The position numbers and the translations under genes are program-made. The notes under the pieces are model-generated. The model had not been told where the DNA came from. It saw only the letters and a program-made list of their open reading frames with translations, and made no database searches. Positions 54,197-64,000 of a DNA stretch of 64,000 nucleotides are shown here, in pieces (the stretch's first letter is position 1; each line of letters begins with the position of its first letter). Location: contig CAVRJY010000005.1 of assembly GCA_963721805.1 (NCBI GenBank), forward strand, positions 19,318 through 83,317, given 5' to 3'. This DNA comes from Nitrospirota bacterium. GTDB taxonomy: Bacteria; Nitrospirota; Thermodesulfovibrionia; Thermodesulfovibrionales; JdFR-86.

Positions 54197-54405
54197 ACGT
54201 TTAATAAGCCGTTGACCTTGGGGTATGGGGTCCAGCGGCGGAGCCGCGACCAACCCCATAAGGTGCGATAAATCGTCTTCAGGCAAGGAAGGGCGAGGAA
54301 AACGTCCGCAAGTGTACTGTGATGTACTCTGGAGGACGGATTTCCGAAGCCCTGACGCAGTATCAAGTGATTTAGCGCGCCTTCAAAAGGTGTGCAAACA
54401 GCTCT
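54197..54405 (+). repeat. SRE copy R18 (solo; head variant a, body type 2) inserted between mrdA and rodA
   Basis: GCCGTTGACC at 54208-54217 and tail GCGCGCCTTCAAAAGG at 54375-54390. Flanked by AATGCGCACTGTTGGC at 54174-54189 and 54406-54421. Confidence 0.85.
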
Positions 54406-56182
54406 AATGCGCACTGTTGGCCTCCAGGTTGGCGAGGTATGTTTCTATTGCCTTCTTCGCTATGGGCGCGGCGGCCGAGCCGCCGTGGCCTCCGTGCTCG
54501 ACGAGCACCGCGCATGCGATCTCCGGGTGCGAGGCCGGGGCATAGGCCACGAACCAGGCGTGGTCCTTAAGCGCGTCCGGCGTTGCGCTCGCGAGGCGTT
54601 TCTTGTTCGCGTTTGAGTATACCTGCGCGGTGCCGGTCTTGCCCGCGATCACGAAATCGTCGGAGTGCGCGGCGTGGGCCGTGCCGCGCGGGTCGTTGAC
54701 CACGCCTATGAGCGCGCGCTTTACGAGCTCTATGTTCTCGGGGCTGAGGTCATAGGAGTCCGCCGCGGCGCGCTTTGCCTCATACGGGGCTATGCGCTTG
54801 AGCGTCGGCTCGTAGAGCCTGCCGTCGGCCGCGACGGTCGCGATCATCCGCGCGAGCTGAAACGGCGTGACCGCGACGTAGCCCTGCCCGATTGCGGCGT
54901 TGTACGTCTCGCCGAGGTACCAGCTCTCGCCCTTTGTCTTGAGCTTCCACTCCTCGTCCGGTATGAGCCCCGGCCGCTCCATCGCGAGCCCCAGCGTGCT
55001 CGTCGCACCGAGGCCGAGGCGGCGGGCCATCTTCGCTATCGAATCGATCCCGGTCAGCGCGCCGACGGTATAGAAGTACACGTCGCACGACTGTATCAGC
55101 CCGGCCTCGAACGCGAGCGCGCCGTGGCCGCGCTTCTGCCAGCAGCCGAACCGCCACTTGCCGTACTGCAGGCCGCCGTTGCAGACGACGACGCGGCCCG
55201 GCGTGACCTTGCCGGACTCCAGCGCTGCCAGCCCTGTGACTATCTTGAAGGTCGAACCCGGCGGGTACTGGCTTTGGAGCGCGCGGTTGAGCATCGGCTT
55301 TTCCGGGTCGTTTATCAGGCGGCCCCAGTCGCCGCTCTTTATCCCGAAGCTGAAGAGGTTCGGGTCGTAAGAGGGCTTGCTCACCATCCCCAGGATCTCG
55401 CCGGTTGAGGGGCGGATTGCGACGAACGCGCCCTTGCGGTCCCCGAAGGACTCCTCGACGGCCTTCATCATCTCGATGTCTATGCTCAGGTGCAGGCCCT
55501 CGCCCTTCCGGGGCGGGGTCTGAGCGATCACGCGTATCTGCTTGCCGAGGGCGTTGACCTCTATCGCGCGCTCCCCGGGCACGCCGCGCAGGGTCTTGTC
55601 ATAGAGCTTCTCGACCCCGAACTGCCCGATGAAGGCCTGCATCGGGACGTCGGCGAATTCGGGCAGCTCGGCCTGCTCCGGGGTGATGCGGCCGAGGTAT
55701 CCCAGCAGGTGCGCCCCGACCTCGCCGTAGAGGTACTTCCGCGACTTGTCGACCATCACGTTCAGGGCCGGGAAGTCCGAGAGCCGGGCCTCGACCTTCG
55801 AGACCTCCTCGAGGTTCAGGCCCTCGCGGACGATGATCGGGTCAAGCGTATTTCTTGCGCGGTCGGCGCGTTTCTGGAGCCACTGGGGGTCGAGGCCGAG
55901 GAAATCCGCGGCGCGGCCGAGGTCCGTTATGTCGATGAGCTCTGGGTTTAAGGTGATCGAGAACGCGGCCGAGCTCTGGACGAGCGCCTTGCCCCAGCGG
56001 TCGTAGATGATGCCGCGCGGGGCCGGGACCTTCTCGAGCCTCAGGCGGTTTTCAAACGCCATGCGGCTGTATTCGGCGCCCCTGAGTATCTGCAGGTGCC
56101 AGAGCCGTATCGCCAGGATCGAGAAGAATATCCCGATGAAGAAGATGATCGCGAATGAGTTTATGTTGCGTTCAGCTCTCAT
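54404..56182 (-). CDS. mrdA: Penicillin-binding protein 2 (elongasome transpeptidase)
   Basis: 592 aa with SxxK (STFK), SxN and KTG (AGKTGTAQ) motifs. Located in the mre operon. Confidence 0.9.
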   Translation of the reverse strand: MRAERNINSFAIIFFIGIFFSILAIRLWHLQILRGAEYSRMAFENRLRLEKVPAPRGIIYDRWGKALVQSSAAFSITLNPELIDITDLGRAADFLGLDPQWLQKRADRARNTLDPIIVREGLNLEEVSKVEARLSDFPALNVMVDKSRKYLYGEVGAHLLGYLGRITPEQAELPEFADVPMQAFIGQFGVEKLYDKTLRGVPGERAIEVNALGKQIRVIAQTPPRKGEGLHLSIDIEMMKAVEESFGDRKGAFVAIRPSTGEILGMVSKPSYDPNLFSFGIKSGDWGRLINDPEKPMLNRALQSQYPPGSTFKIVTGLAALESGKVTPGRVVVCNGGLQYGKWRFGCWQKRGHGALAFEAGLIQSCDVYFYTVGALTGIDSIAKMARRLGLGATSTLGLAMERPGLIPDEEWKLKTKGESWYLGETYNAAIGQGYVAVTPFQLARMIATVAADGRLYEPTLKRIAPYEAKRAAADSYDLSPENIELVKRALIGVVNDPRGTAHAAHSDDFVIAGKTGTAQVYSNANKKRLASATPDALKDHAWFVAYAPASHPEIACAVLVEHGGHGGSAAAPIAKKAIETYLANLEANSAH

Positions 56183-56627
56183 CTGTGGGCTTTATGAAGT
56201 ATCCGGCCACGCCGTTTATGGCGGCCTGCGCCGAGATCGAGACTATTGCGTACGTTGCGTCAGGCGCCTTGTTCGTGAAGGCCCAGAGAGCGCCGTACGA
56301 GATGAAGCCGTCAAGCATCGTCACGGCCGATGCCGCGAAGAACCCGAATACCGGGGCCCAGGTGAACAGCCCCCTGTTGACGAACGAGGCGACATACCCC
56401 GCCGCCGCCTTCCCCGCGATGCTGGGGCCGATAAAGTCCATGGAAAGCCCGTCGACAGCAAGGCCCATCCCGGCGCCGTAAAGCATGCCGGGGTAGTGGC
56501 CGAAGCGCATCCCGACCGTATAGGCCGCGAGCGCGGTCAGGTTCAGCCCGATGCCGAGCGGCCTGTAGCGGGTCTCTATAAACAGCGCGGCGAAGGTCAT
56601 GAGGATGAGGCCGGGGGCGCGTTTCAT
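56172..56627 (-). CDS. mreD: Rod shape-determining protein MreD
   Basis: 151-aa hydrophobic ORF between mreC and mrdA. Call is mainly positional. Confidence 0.7.
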   Translation of the reverse strand: MKRAPGLILMTFAALFIETRYRPLGIGLNLTALAAYTVGMRFGHYPGMLYGAGMGLAVDGLSMDFIGPSIAGKAAAGYVASFVNRGLFTWAPVFGFFAASAVTMLDGFISYGALWAFTNKAPDATYAIVSISAQAAINGVAGYFIKPTDES

Positions 56628-57409
56628 CGTCTGACTACTATGACCTCATCGACCGAGCGGGGGTTGACGTAGGGCTTAAGCTCGACGTACTGGAAGAATT
56701 CGTCCTGCCCTGATGCGGCCACCCCCGAGACCTCCCCAACGGGGATCCCGAACGGAAACAGGGCGTCGAGCCCTGAGGTCACGACTACCTCGCCGTTTGA
56801 GGTCGCGGTGTCGATATCCGCGTACTTAAGCACGCAGCGGCCGCGGCCGTTTCCGGAGAGCACCGCCTCGATGCGCGTGCTCTGGAGCCGCACCGCAGCG
56901 CCGAAGCGCGGGTCATCGAGCAGCAGCACCACGGATGAGTCGCGTCCGGTCTCCTGGATCTTCCCCAGGAGCCCGCGCGGGGTGATGACGGCCATGCCCT
57001 TCGCCACGCCCTCGGCGGCGCCCTTGTCTATTACGAAGGTGTTGGCCCAGCGGTCGGTGCCGCGCGCCGTAACGCGGGCGGACGCGACGTAGTTAAACGT
57101 GTTGTCCTTGAGTTCGAGCAGGTCGCGGAGGCGCACGTTTTCGGCCTTTATCTCGTTGCCGCGCAGGAGTTCGGCCCGCAGTCGGTCGGCCTCCGAGCGC
57201 GCGGCCTCAAGCTCGCTCTCGCGGCCGAATATGCGCTTGAAGACTCCGCCCACGTAGTCGCCCGCGCCGGTGACCGCCTCGTTGATGGCGGCAACAGGGG
57301 ACGAGAGGGCGCTGATCGGTCCGAGCGAGCCCTGCCTGGCCTGGTAGAGCACGGCCGCGGCCGCCGCTACCAGCAGCAGGGCGAAGAGGCGGGCGTGCTT
57401 CGTGCGCAT
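56624..57409 (-). CDS. mreC: Rod shape-determining protein MreC
   Basis: 261 aa with an N-terminal TM, a coiled-coil and beta-barrel motifs (VVTSGLDALFPFGIPVG). Confidence 0.85.
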   Translation of the reverse strand: MRTKHARLFALLLVAAAAAVLYQARQGSLGPISALSSPVAAINEAVTGAGDYVGGVFKRIFGRESELEAARSEADRLRAELLRGNEIKAENVRLRDLLELKDNTFNYVASARVTARGTDRWANTFVIDKGAAEGVAKGMAVITPRGLLGKIQETGRDSSVVLLLDDPRFGAAVRLQSTRIEAVLSGNGRGRCVLKYADIDTATSNGEVVVTSGLDALFPFGIPVGEVSGVAASGQDEFFQYVELKPYVNPRSVDEVIVVRR

Positions 57410-57415
57410 CGCGCC

Positions 57416-58926
<1,511 letters not shown>

Positions 58927-59019
58927 GCCCGTCTCACCCCCCGCAAGCGCGCGCGGGCAGGGGCCATATTATTGTTATACTTAGCGGATGTCCGATACAC
59001 GAGGCATAGAGGGGCTCAT

Positions 59020-59757
59020 ATGAGCCGCCGGAGGGGCCGCAAGGGACGGCTCGGGCTGCGCATCGCGCTCTGGCTCGTCGTGCTCATCGCGCTTGGGGCG
59101 GGCGCGCTCATGGTTTACCCGCCTGTCGGGAGGCTCGCCAGGGAGAACCCCGGCAAGACCGCCTTCATGCGCGAGGCCGAGGCAGAGGCCGCCGCCAAGG
59201 GCCGCAAGCTCACGATCTCGCAGCAGTGGGTCACGCTCGGCCGCATATCGCCGTACCTCGTGCGCGCGGTGCTGATAGGCGAGGACGACAAGTTCTACAT
59301 GCACGAGGGCTTCGACTTCGAGGCGATGCAGAAGGCCCTTGAGAAGGACGTGCAAGCCGGCAGGCTCAAGGCCGGCGGCAGCACGATCAGCCAGCAGCTG
59401 GCCAAGAACCTATACCTCTCGCGCTCGAAAAACCCTCTCAGGAAATTGCTGGAGGCGGTCATCACGTGGAGGATGGAGCGTTCTTTGACGAAGCGCCGCA
59501 TACTGGAGATATACCTAAACGTGATCCAGTGGGGCGACGGGATCTACGGGGCCGAGGCGGCCAGCCGCCACTACTACGGCAAGCACGCCTCGGAGCTCAC
59601 GGCGATTGAGGCCGCGCGGCTCGCGGCGGTCATACCCAACCCCATCCGGTTCAACCCGATTGGGCAGTCCAGGTACGTCGAGAACCGCAGCCGCATCATA
59701 TACGGCGTGATGCAGCAGCGCGGCATAGTCGACGAGGAGTACGAGGGCGGCGAATAG
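59020..59757 (+). CDS. mtgA: Monofunctional biosynthetic peptidoglycan transglycosylase
   Basis: GT51 motifs EDDKFYMHEGFD, GGSTISQQLAKN, RILEIYLN. Start set at MSRRRGRKG. Confidence 0.85.
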   Translation: MSRRRGRKGRLGLRIALWLVVLIALGAGALMVYPPVGRLARENPGKTAFMREAEAEAAAKGRKLTISQQWVTLGRISPYLVRAVLIGEDDKFYMHEGFDFEAMQKALEKDVQAGRLKAGGSTISQQLAKNLYLSRSKNPLRKLLEAVITWRMERSLTKRRILEIYLNVIQWGDGIYGAEAASRHYYGKHASELTAIEAARLAAVIPNPIRFNPIGQSRYVENRSRIIYGVMQQRGIVDEEYEGGE

Positions 59758-59782
59758 CAAATATTTGTTATAATAAACAGTT

Positions 59783-60893
59783 ATGACTAAAGAGGAAATA
59801 AAGCTGCAGGCAGGCCTTCTTAGGGAGCGCACCGATTCCCTAAGAGGGTATCTTTGATCTCCCCACCCTCACGCACAAGCTCGAAGAGATAGACAAGGCA
59901 CTCGGGGCCGAGGACACATGGGCCTCGCACGAGCGCGCCACCGAGCTCAACCGCCAGAAGACCCGCATCCAGTCCACGCTCGCGCCGTTTGAGGCCGCCG
60001 ACCGGAAGATGACATACATCGAGAGCTCAATCGGGATGCTCGACGAGGAGGGCGGCGAGATGTTCGCCCCCGAGCTCGCGGCAGCGCTTAACGAGCTCAT
60101 CCCTGAACTTGACGGCCTCGAGCTTCGGTGCCTGATGTCCGGCGAGCGCGACATCTCAAACGCGATAGTCACGATACATCCCGGCGCGGGCGGCACCGAG
60201 AGCCAGGACTGGGCCCAGATGCTGATGCGCATGTACCTCAGGTGGGCCGAGACGCACGGCCTCGCAACCGAAATCCTCGACCTCCAGCCGGGCGACGAGG
60301 CCGGGATCAAGAGCGTCACGTTCGAGGTCACCGGGCCGTACGCATACGGCAACCTCAAGACCGAGGCCGGGGTGCACAGGCTCGTGCGCATCTCGCCGTT
60401 TGACGCGGCGAAGCGCCGCCACACCTCGTTTTCCGCGGTGCTCGTATACCCCGAGGTCGAGGGCGACGTCGAGGTCGAGCTCAGGGACGAGGACATCAAG
60501 ATGGACACGTTCCGCGCCTCGGGCGCAGGCGGGCAGCACGTCAACAAGACCTCCTCCGCGGTGCGGCTGACGCACATCCCCTCGGGCGTGATCGTGAGCT
60601 GCCAGAACGAGCGCTCCCAGCACAGAAACCGCGAAAGCTGCATGAAGATACTGAAGGCCAAGCTCTACGACCTCGGGCTCAAGGAGCGGGAAAACGAGAT
60701 GGAGGGCATCGTCGGGGAGAAGAAGAATATCGCCTGGGGCAGCCAGATACGCTCGTACGTCCTGCAGCCCTATCGCATGGCGAAGGACCATCGCACGGGA
60801 GTCGAGATCGGCAACGTGGACGCGGTACTCGACGGGGCACTCGACCTGTTCATAAAAGCTGCACTGAAAAATAAACTGGGGCGGACGTCTTAA
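59783..60893 (+). CDS. prfB: Peptide chain release factor 2, requires programmed +1 frameshift
   Basis: ORF0 ATG 59783 runs to an in-frame TGA at 59855. The +1 frame continues DLPTLTHKLEE... into ORF 60009..60893 (SPF and GGQ motifs). Confidence 0.9.
59843..59858 (+). promoter_or_regulatory. prfB +1 frameshift site (AGAGGG TAT CTT TGA T)
   Basis: SD-like AGAGGG 3 nt upstream of slippery CTT followed by TGA (59852-59857), as in the classical RF2 autoregulatory site. Confidence 0.85.
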
Positions 60894-61084
60894 TAAAGTC
60901 GCGCCAAATCGCTTGATACTGCGTCACGGCTTCAAAGACACGCCCTCTATGTACATCCCAGTACACCATCGGGCGGTCTTCTCGCCCTTCCTTGTCTGAA
61001 GACGATTTCTCGCGCATTAAGTTTATTCTTGCGTAATCGTGCGAGCGGTCAACGGCATGATTTGAGCGGCCCATCCGCTGCCCC
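60888..61084 (-). repeat. SRE copy R19 (mosaic: head type 2, body type 1)
   Basis: The tail overlaps the prfB stop (TCTTAATAAAGTCGCGCC). Head GGTCAACGGCAT at 61047-61058. Extension GGCCCATCCGCTGCCCC. Confidence 0.85.
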
Positions 61085-61133
61085 AAAGTATGATTAGATT
61101 GGATATGTGCCATCACTTGACACTACAAAGTTG

Positions 61134-61912
61134 CTAAATTTTTTGGCCTGTATTAAGCCGGCGCTCTAGAGCCTCAAGGAACTTTATTGAAGATGCGACA
61201 TGTGTATAGATTAGTAGACTCTCTTCGTAATTGAGGAAGCTATTGTCATGGGCAAGGCTTTGGTCATTACGTACTTTATTAAAGGCCTCAAGTGTTGAAA
61301 TGCTTGATTTTAGGATGCGCTCGGTCATTTCTGACTCCAAATGCCCATGCACCTTTAATGTTTTAACGTACTCGCCAACCAAACTATGCAATGGCTTATC
61401 TTTGTCTGTGGATATTCCGTGATTTTGGCAAAGTACTCGAAGATACTTAATAGTAAAGGTGTGCAGTCTGTCCAAACCGACCTCTGGCTCGTGTTTTTCA
61501 ATGGATTCCCGGACAGCCCTTGCCAACACAGCAAACTCTCGTTCAGGACTATTAGGGGTTAATGTCACAACTTCTGGGATTCCTGCTGCCTCAGAAAGCC
61601 TTGCTAAGGCCCTGCGACAATCATCATACGCTTTTAACATTTCCGCGTTAGCGAACTCTACGGAAACGCACTGCATTAGGTCTGTGAGCAGTTTGGCAAC
61701 TACATCGTTTGACTCCCGTGTCCAAAATGCTCTAAGCCGGTTTGCTTTTTGAAACCACTTCCGAAGTTGTACTTCTCGTCTAAGATGCTTAACCCAGTAC
61801 TATCAAAGACAAACTCATCGAATAAGCGAGTTGTAAAATCCAAAACGTAGCCACTTCCCATGCCGAAGAGTGCCTCAAAGTTCCGTTTTTCAATTTTCGT
61901 TAGGTCAGACAT
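61134..61912 (-). pseudogene. Abortive-infection-type protein (Abi_C/HEPN-like C-terminus), frameshifted
   Basis: ORF 61700..61912 (GYVLDFTTRLFDEF...DEKY) and ORF 61134..61676 (VRNDQSLAH motif) join as ...GSGSKANRLRAFW... if homopolymer runs near 61745-61760 are corrected. Confidence 0.6.
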
Positions 61913-61966
61913 AGATTCCTGCGCACAAAAATAATTAATAAGTCTGCATCTACCTTAACCTTTTTA

Positions 61967-62021
61967 TATAGCGCGAGATTTCCGAGGCCGTGACGCAGTA
62001 TCCAGGAAATCTCGCGCTATA
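61967..62021. repeat. SRE fragment R20: foldback built from SRE pieces
   Basis: Perfect 17-bp inverted repeat TATAGCGCGAGATTTCC / GGAAATCTCGCGCTATA. Stem and loop carry GATTTCCGAGGCCGTGACGCAGTATC from the SRE 3' region. Confidence 0.6.
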
Positions 62022-62028
62022 ATGATTT

Positions 62029-62235
62029 TTACTGCCCTACGGCTGTGAGGTCGAGTTTAAAGAGCGTATTGATCGGGAATTTCTTGCTTGCTTCGAGGAT
62101 TTCGATACCCACGAGGTCGTTTTGGGCCGTAGTGTGCAGGGCTACTCCTTCCGCGATCTCGATCGCGCCGTCAGGCTTCTTGGGTGAAAGCTGTATATAT
62201 GCCGCATCGGCCTCTTTATCGTACTTAATTTTCAT
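62029..62235 (-). CDS. DUF2283 domain protein (putative antitoxin-like partner)
   Basis: 68 aa, MKIKYDKEADAAYIQL...LVGIEILEAS. Overlaps the upstream DUF4258 gene. Confidence 0.65.
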   Translation of the reverse strand: MKIKYDKEADAAYIQLSPKKPDGAIEIAEGVALHTTAQNDLVGIEILEASKKFPINTLFKLDLTAVGQ

Positions 62236-62476
62236 TTGCGCCTCCCCAAGCCTTACGCTTAAGCGGATATGCTGTTATTACAAATGTCTCGCCGCCTGAA
62301 AGCTCAAAAACCACCTTCAGCGGGTATCCAGAAAAGCGCTTTCCAAAGCGCTTGATCGCGACTTGTTTGCCCGTTTGAGACTCAAGGAGTTCAGGCGTGC
62401 CTATTGCCTCCGAAACATCATCAGCGGTGATCCCGTATAGTTTCATGTTGCTCCGGGCATGGCGCGACAGTCTCAT
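62225..62476 (-). CDS. DUF4258 domain protein (putative toxin-like partner)
   Basis: 83 aa, RLSRHARSNMKLYGITADDVSEAI...FVITAYP. Confidence 0.6.
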   Translation of the reverse strand: MRLSRHARSNMKLYGITADDVSEAIGTPELLESQTGKQVAIKRFGKRFSGYPLKVVFELSGGETFVITAYPLKRKAWGGANEN

Positions 62477-62513
62477 AAATTATTGTACCAGAATGTGAAA
62501 GTGATAAATAGTA

Positions 62514-62709
62514 TATATAACTAAGACGTTGACCTTGGGGGCGCGGGGGTCCAGCGGCTGGGCCGCGTCTAACCCCCGAAAGCGCGCCCAAATCGGCTTC
62601 AGACAAGGCAGGGCGAGAAGACCGCCCGATGGTGTACTGGGATGTACATAGAGGGCGAGTCTTTGAAGCCCAACGCAGTATCAAGCAATTTGGAGCGCTT
62701 TGAAGAAGG
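62514..62709 (+). repeat. SRE copy R21 (head variant a, body type 1; near-consensus reference copy)
   Basis: GACGTTGACC at 62525-62534. Helices listed in the findings. Tail ...GAGCGCTTTGAAGAAGG ends at 62709. Confidence 0.9.
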
Positions 62710-62827
62710 CGAACGCGTGAAGGGGGCAATCGGCCCCCTTCACAATCTATTCATATGTCTCCTGATAGGATATAATTGAAAAATTATGGGATATAACATT
62801 ATTGACTTAATAGGAGGACTCAGGAGA

Positions 62828-64000
62828 ATGAGCAGAAAAAAGGCATTGAGCATCGCGGCCGTCTTCACGGTCGTGGGCTTGATCGTGGGGCTTGTGCTTT
62901 CATCGGACTTCGGGTTTCAGAGCAAGGCCTTCACCGACAGCAACAAAGAGACCGTGAATATGGCCGCGCCGCCGCGTATGTCGCAGGCTGCAACGGACAC
63001 GCTTATGAAGTACAGCGACGCGATGGTCGAGCTCGTCGAGGCGGTCAAGCCCTCGGTCGTGAGCGTCATGACCTCGCATAAGGTCGTCACCGGCGTGGGT
63101 ATGGAAGGCAACCCGTTTTTGGAGGACCCGTTTTTCCGCCGGTTCTTCGGCGATGATTTCGTGCACCCGGGCGGGGGCCCGCATGAGCGCAAGGAATCCG
63201 CGCTCGGCTCGGGCGTGATCGTCGAGAAGGACGGCTATATCATCACCAACTACCACGTGGTCAAGGACGCCGAGGAGATCAAGGTCACGCTGGGCGACAA
63301 GCGCGAGTTCAAGGGCAAGGTCATCGGCACCGACCCCAAGACGGACGTGGCGGTCGTGAAGATCGAAGCGCGTGACCTGCCCGCTATCAGGTGGGGCGAC
63401 TCCGACAAGCTCCGCGTGGGCGAGACGGTGCTCGCGGTCGGGAGCCCCTACGGGCTTTCGCAGACCGTCACGAGCGGCATCGTGAGCGCCAAGGGCCGCG
63501 CCAACGTGAGGATAGCGGACTATGAGGACTTCATCCAGACCGACGCCGCGATCAACCCCGGCAACTCCGGCGGCCCGCTCGTCAACGCCAGGGGCGAACT
63601 CGTCGGGATCAACACCGCGATATTCAGCACCAGCGGCGGGTATCAGGGCATAGGGTTCTCGATCCCGAGCAACATGGTGCGCGTGGTGATGGACAGCCTC
63701 ATCAAGGAGGGCAAGGTCACGCGCGGGTGGCTCGGCGTGACGATCCAGCCGCTGTCGAAGGACATGGCCGCGCAGTTCGGGCTAAAGGACCAGAAGGGCT
63801 CGATCGTTAGCGACGTGACCGAGGGCGGCCCGGCCGAGAAGGCGGGGCTCAAGCCCGGCGACATCATCACCGCGTTTGACGGAAAGCCGGTCGACGACCC
63901 CTCGGTGCTGCGCAACATAGTGGCCTCGACCCATCCGGGCGCGAAGCTCAAGATGGAAATCATCCGCAACGGCAAGCCCAAGACGCTCACGGTCGAGATC
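62828..64000 (+). CDS. HtrA/DegP-family periplasmic serine protease (3' end outside the window)
   Basis: AGGAGG-type RBS. Catalytic triad context (TNYHVV, DVAVVKI, GNSGGPL) and start of a PDZ domain. Open to the window end. Confidence 0.9.
   Translation, partial: MSRKKALSIAAVFTVVGLIVGLVLSSDFGFQSKAFTDSNKETVNMAAPPRMSQAATDTLMKYSDAMVELVEAVKPSVVSVMTSHKVVTGVGMEGNPFLEDPFFRRFFGDDFVHPGGGPHERKESALGSGVIVEKDGYIITNYHVVKDAEEIKVTLGDKREFKGKVIGTDPKTDVAVVKIEARDLPAIRWGDSDKLRVGETVLAVGSPYGLSQTVTSGIVSAKGRANVRIADYEDFIQTDAAINPGNSGGPLVNARGELVGINTAIFSTSGGYQGIGFSIPSNMVRVVMDSLIKEGKVTRGWLGVTIQPLSKDMAAQFGLKDQKGSIVSDVTEGGPAEKAGLKPGDIITAFDGKPVDDPSVLRNIVASTHPGAKLKMEIIRNGKPKTLTVEI

Larger units (their letters stand above)
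60888..62709. mobile_element. Inverted SRE pair R19...R21 enclosing an abi-like gene, a DUF2283/DUF4258 pair and fragment R20
   Basis: Heads face inward. Cargo has lower GC and defence / toxin-antitoxin-type content. Confidence 0.55.

Noticed and set aside
59852-59858. In-frame TGA in prfB as a pseudogene-causing mutation
   Set aside because: It matches the classical RF2 programmed +1 frameshift site (SD-like AGAGGG, CTT TGA), and the +1 frame encodes a complete RF2.
62717-62743. Hairpin GTGAAGGGGGC...GCCCCCTTCAC after R21 as a rho-independent terminator
   Set aside because: The stem is strong but no T-run follows on either strand. It may be structural or part of the flank, so it is not annotated as a terminator.

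Overview
High-GC bacterial chromosomal segment; lineage not assignable from sequence alone. The backbone is housekeeping genes: tRNA-Gly, metG, holB, dnaE, purL, purF, ald, nadE, rsmG-mnmG, the mreBCD-mrdA-rodA operon, mtgA, prfB (with its programmed +1 frameshift) and htrA. It also carries signalling genes (HDOD proteins, response regulators, PilZ, an MCP), a tusA-dsrE sulfur-relay cluster, and a small exosortase sorting module. The standout feature is a dispersed structured repeat of about 175-210 nt, called SRE here. There are 21 copies or fragments (R1-R21) totalling roughly 3.7 kb, about 6 percent of the window. All are intergenic. Compensatory base changes and G-U pairs argue for a conserved RNA fold read from a GCCGTTGACC 'head' to a CCTTCTTCAAAGCGC-complement 'tail'. 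Fourteen copies form seven inverted pairs with heads facing inward. Six of the seven pairs enclose visibly AT-rich accessory islets carrying HicAB pairs, DUF2442, DUF4258/DUF2283, HEPN-motif proteins, paralogous GNATs, a SpeD-like decarboxylase, an XRE regulator and orphan membrane proteins. One head-to-head pair (R2-R3) has no cargo. One solo copy (R18) sits in the mrdA/rodA gene overlap, flanked by a 16-bp exact (about 23-bp approximate) direct duplication that preserves both gene ends. Two right arms carry an extra 360-bp AT-rich module (X1, X2) with ATCCGAACA iterons. No transposase, integrase, reverse transcriptase or Cas gene is present in the window, so any mobilising or partner protein must be encoded elsewhere. 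Several genes (pfkB-like, FKBP, DUF4403, hicA, mnmG, abi-like) carry single-base frameshifts or a premature stop. These may be real decay or assembly errors. All coordinates of repeats and start codons were derived by eye and are approximate to a few nt.
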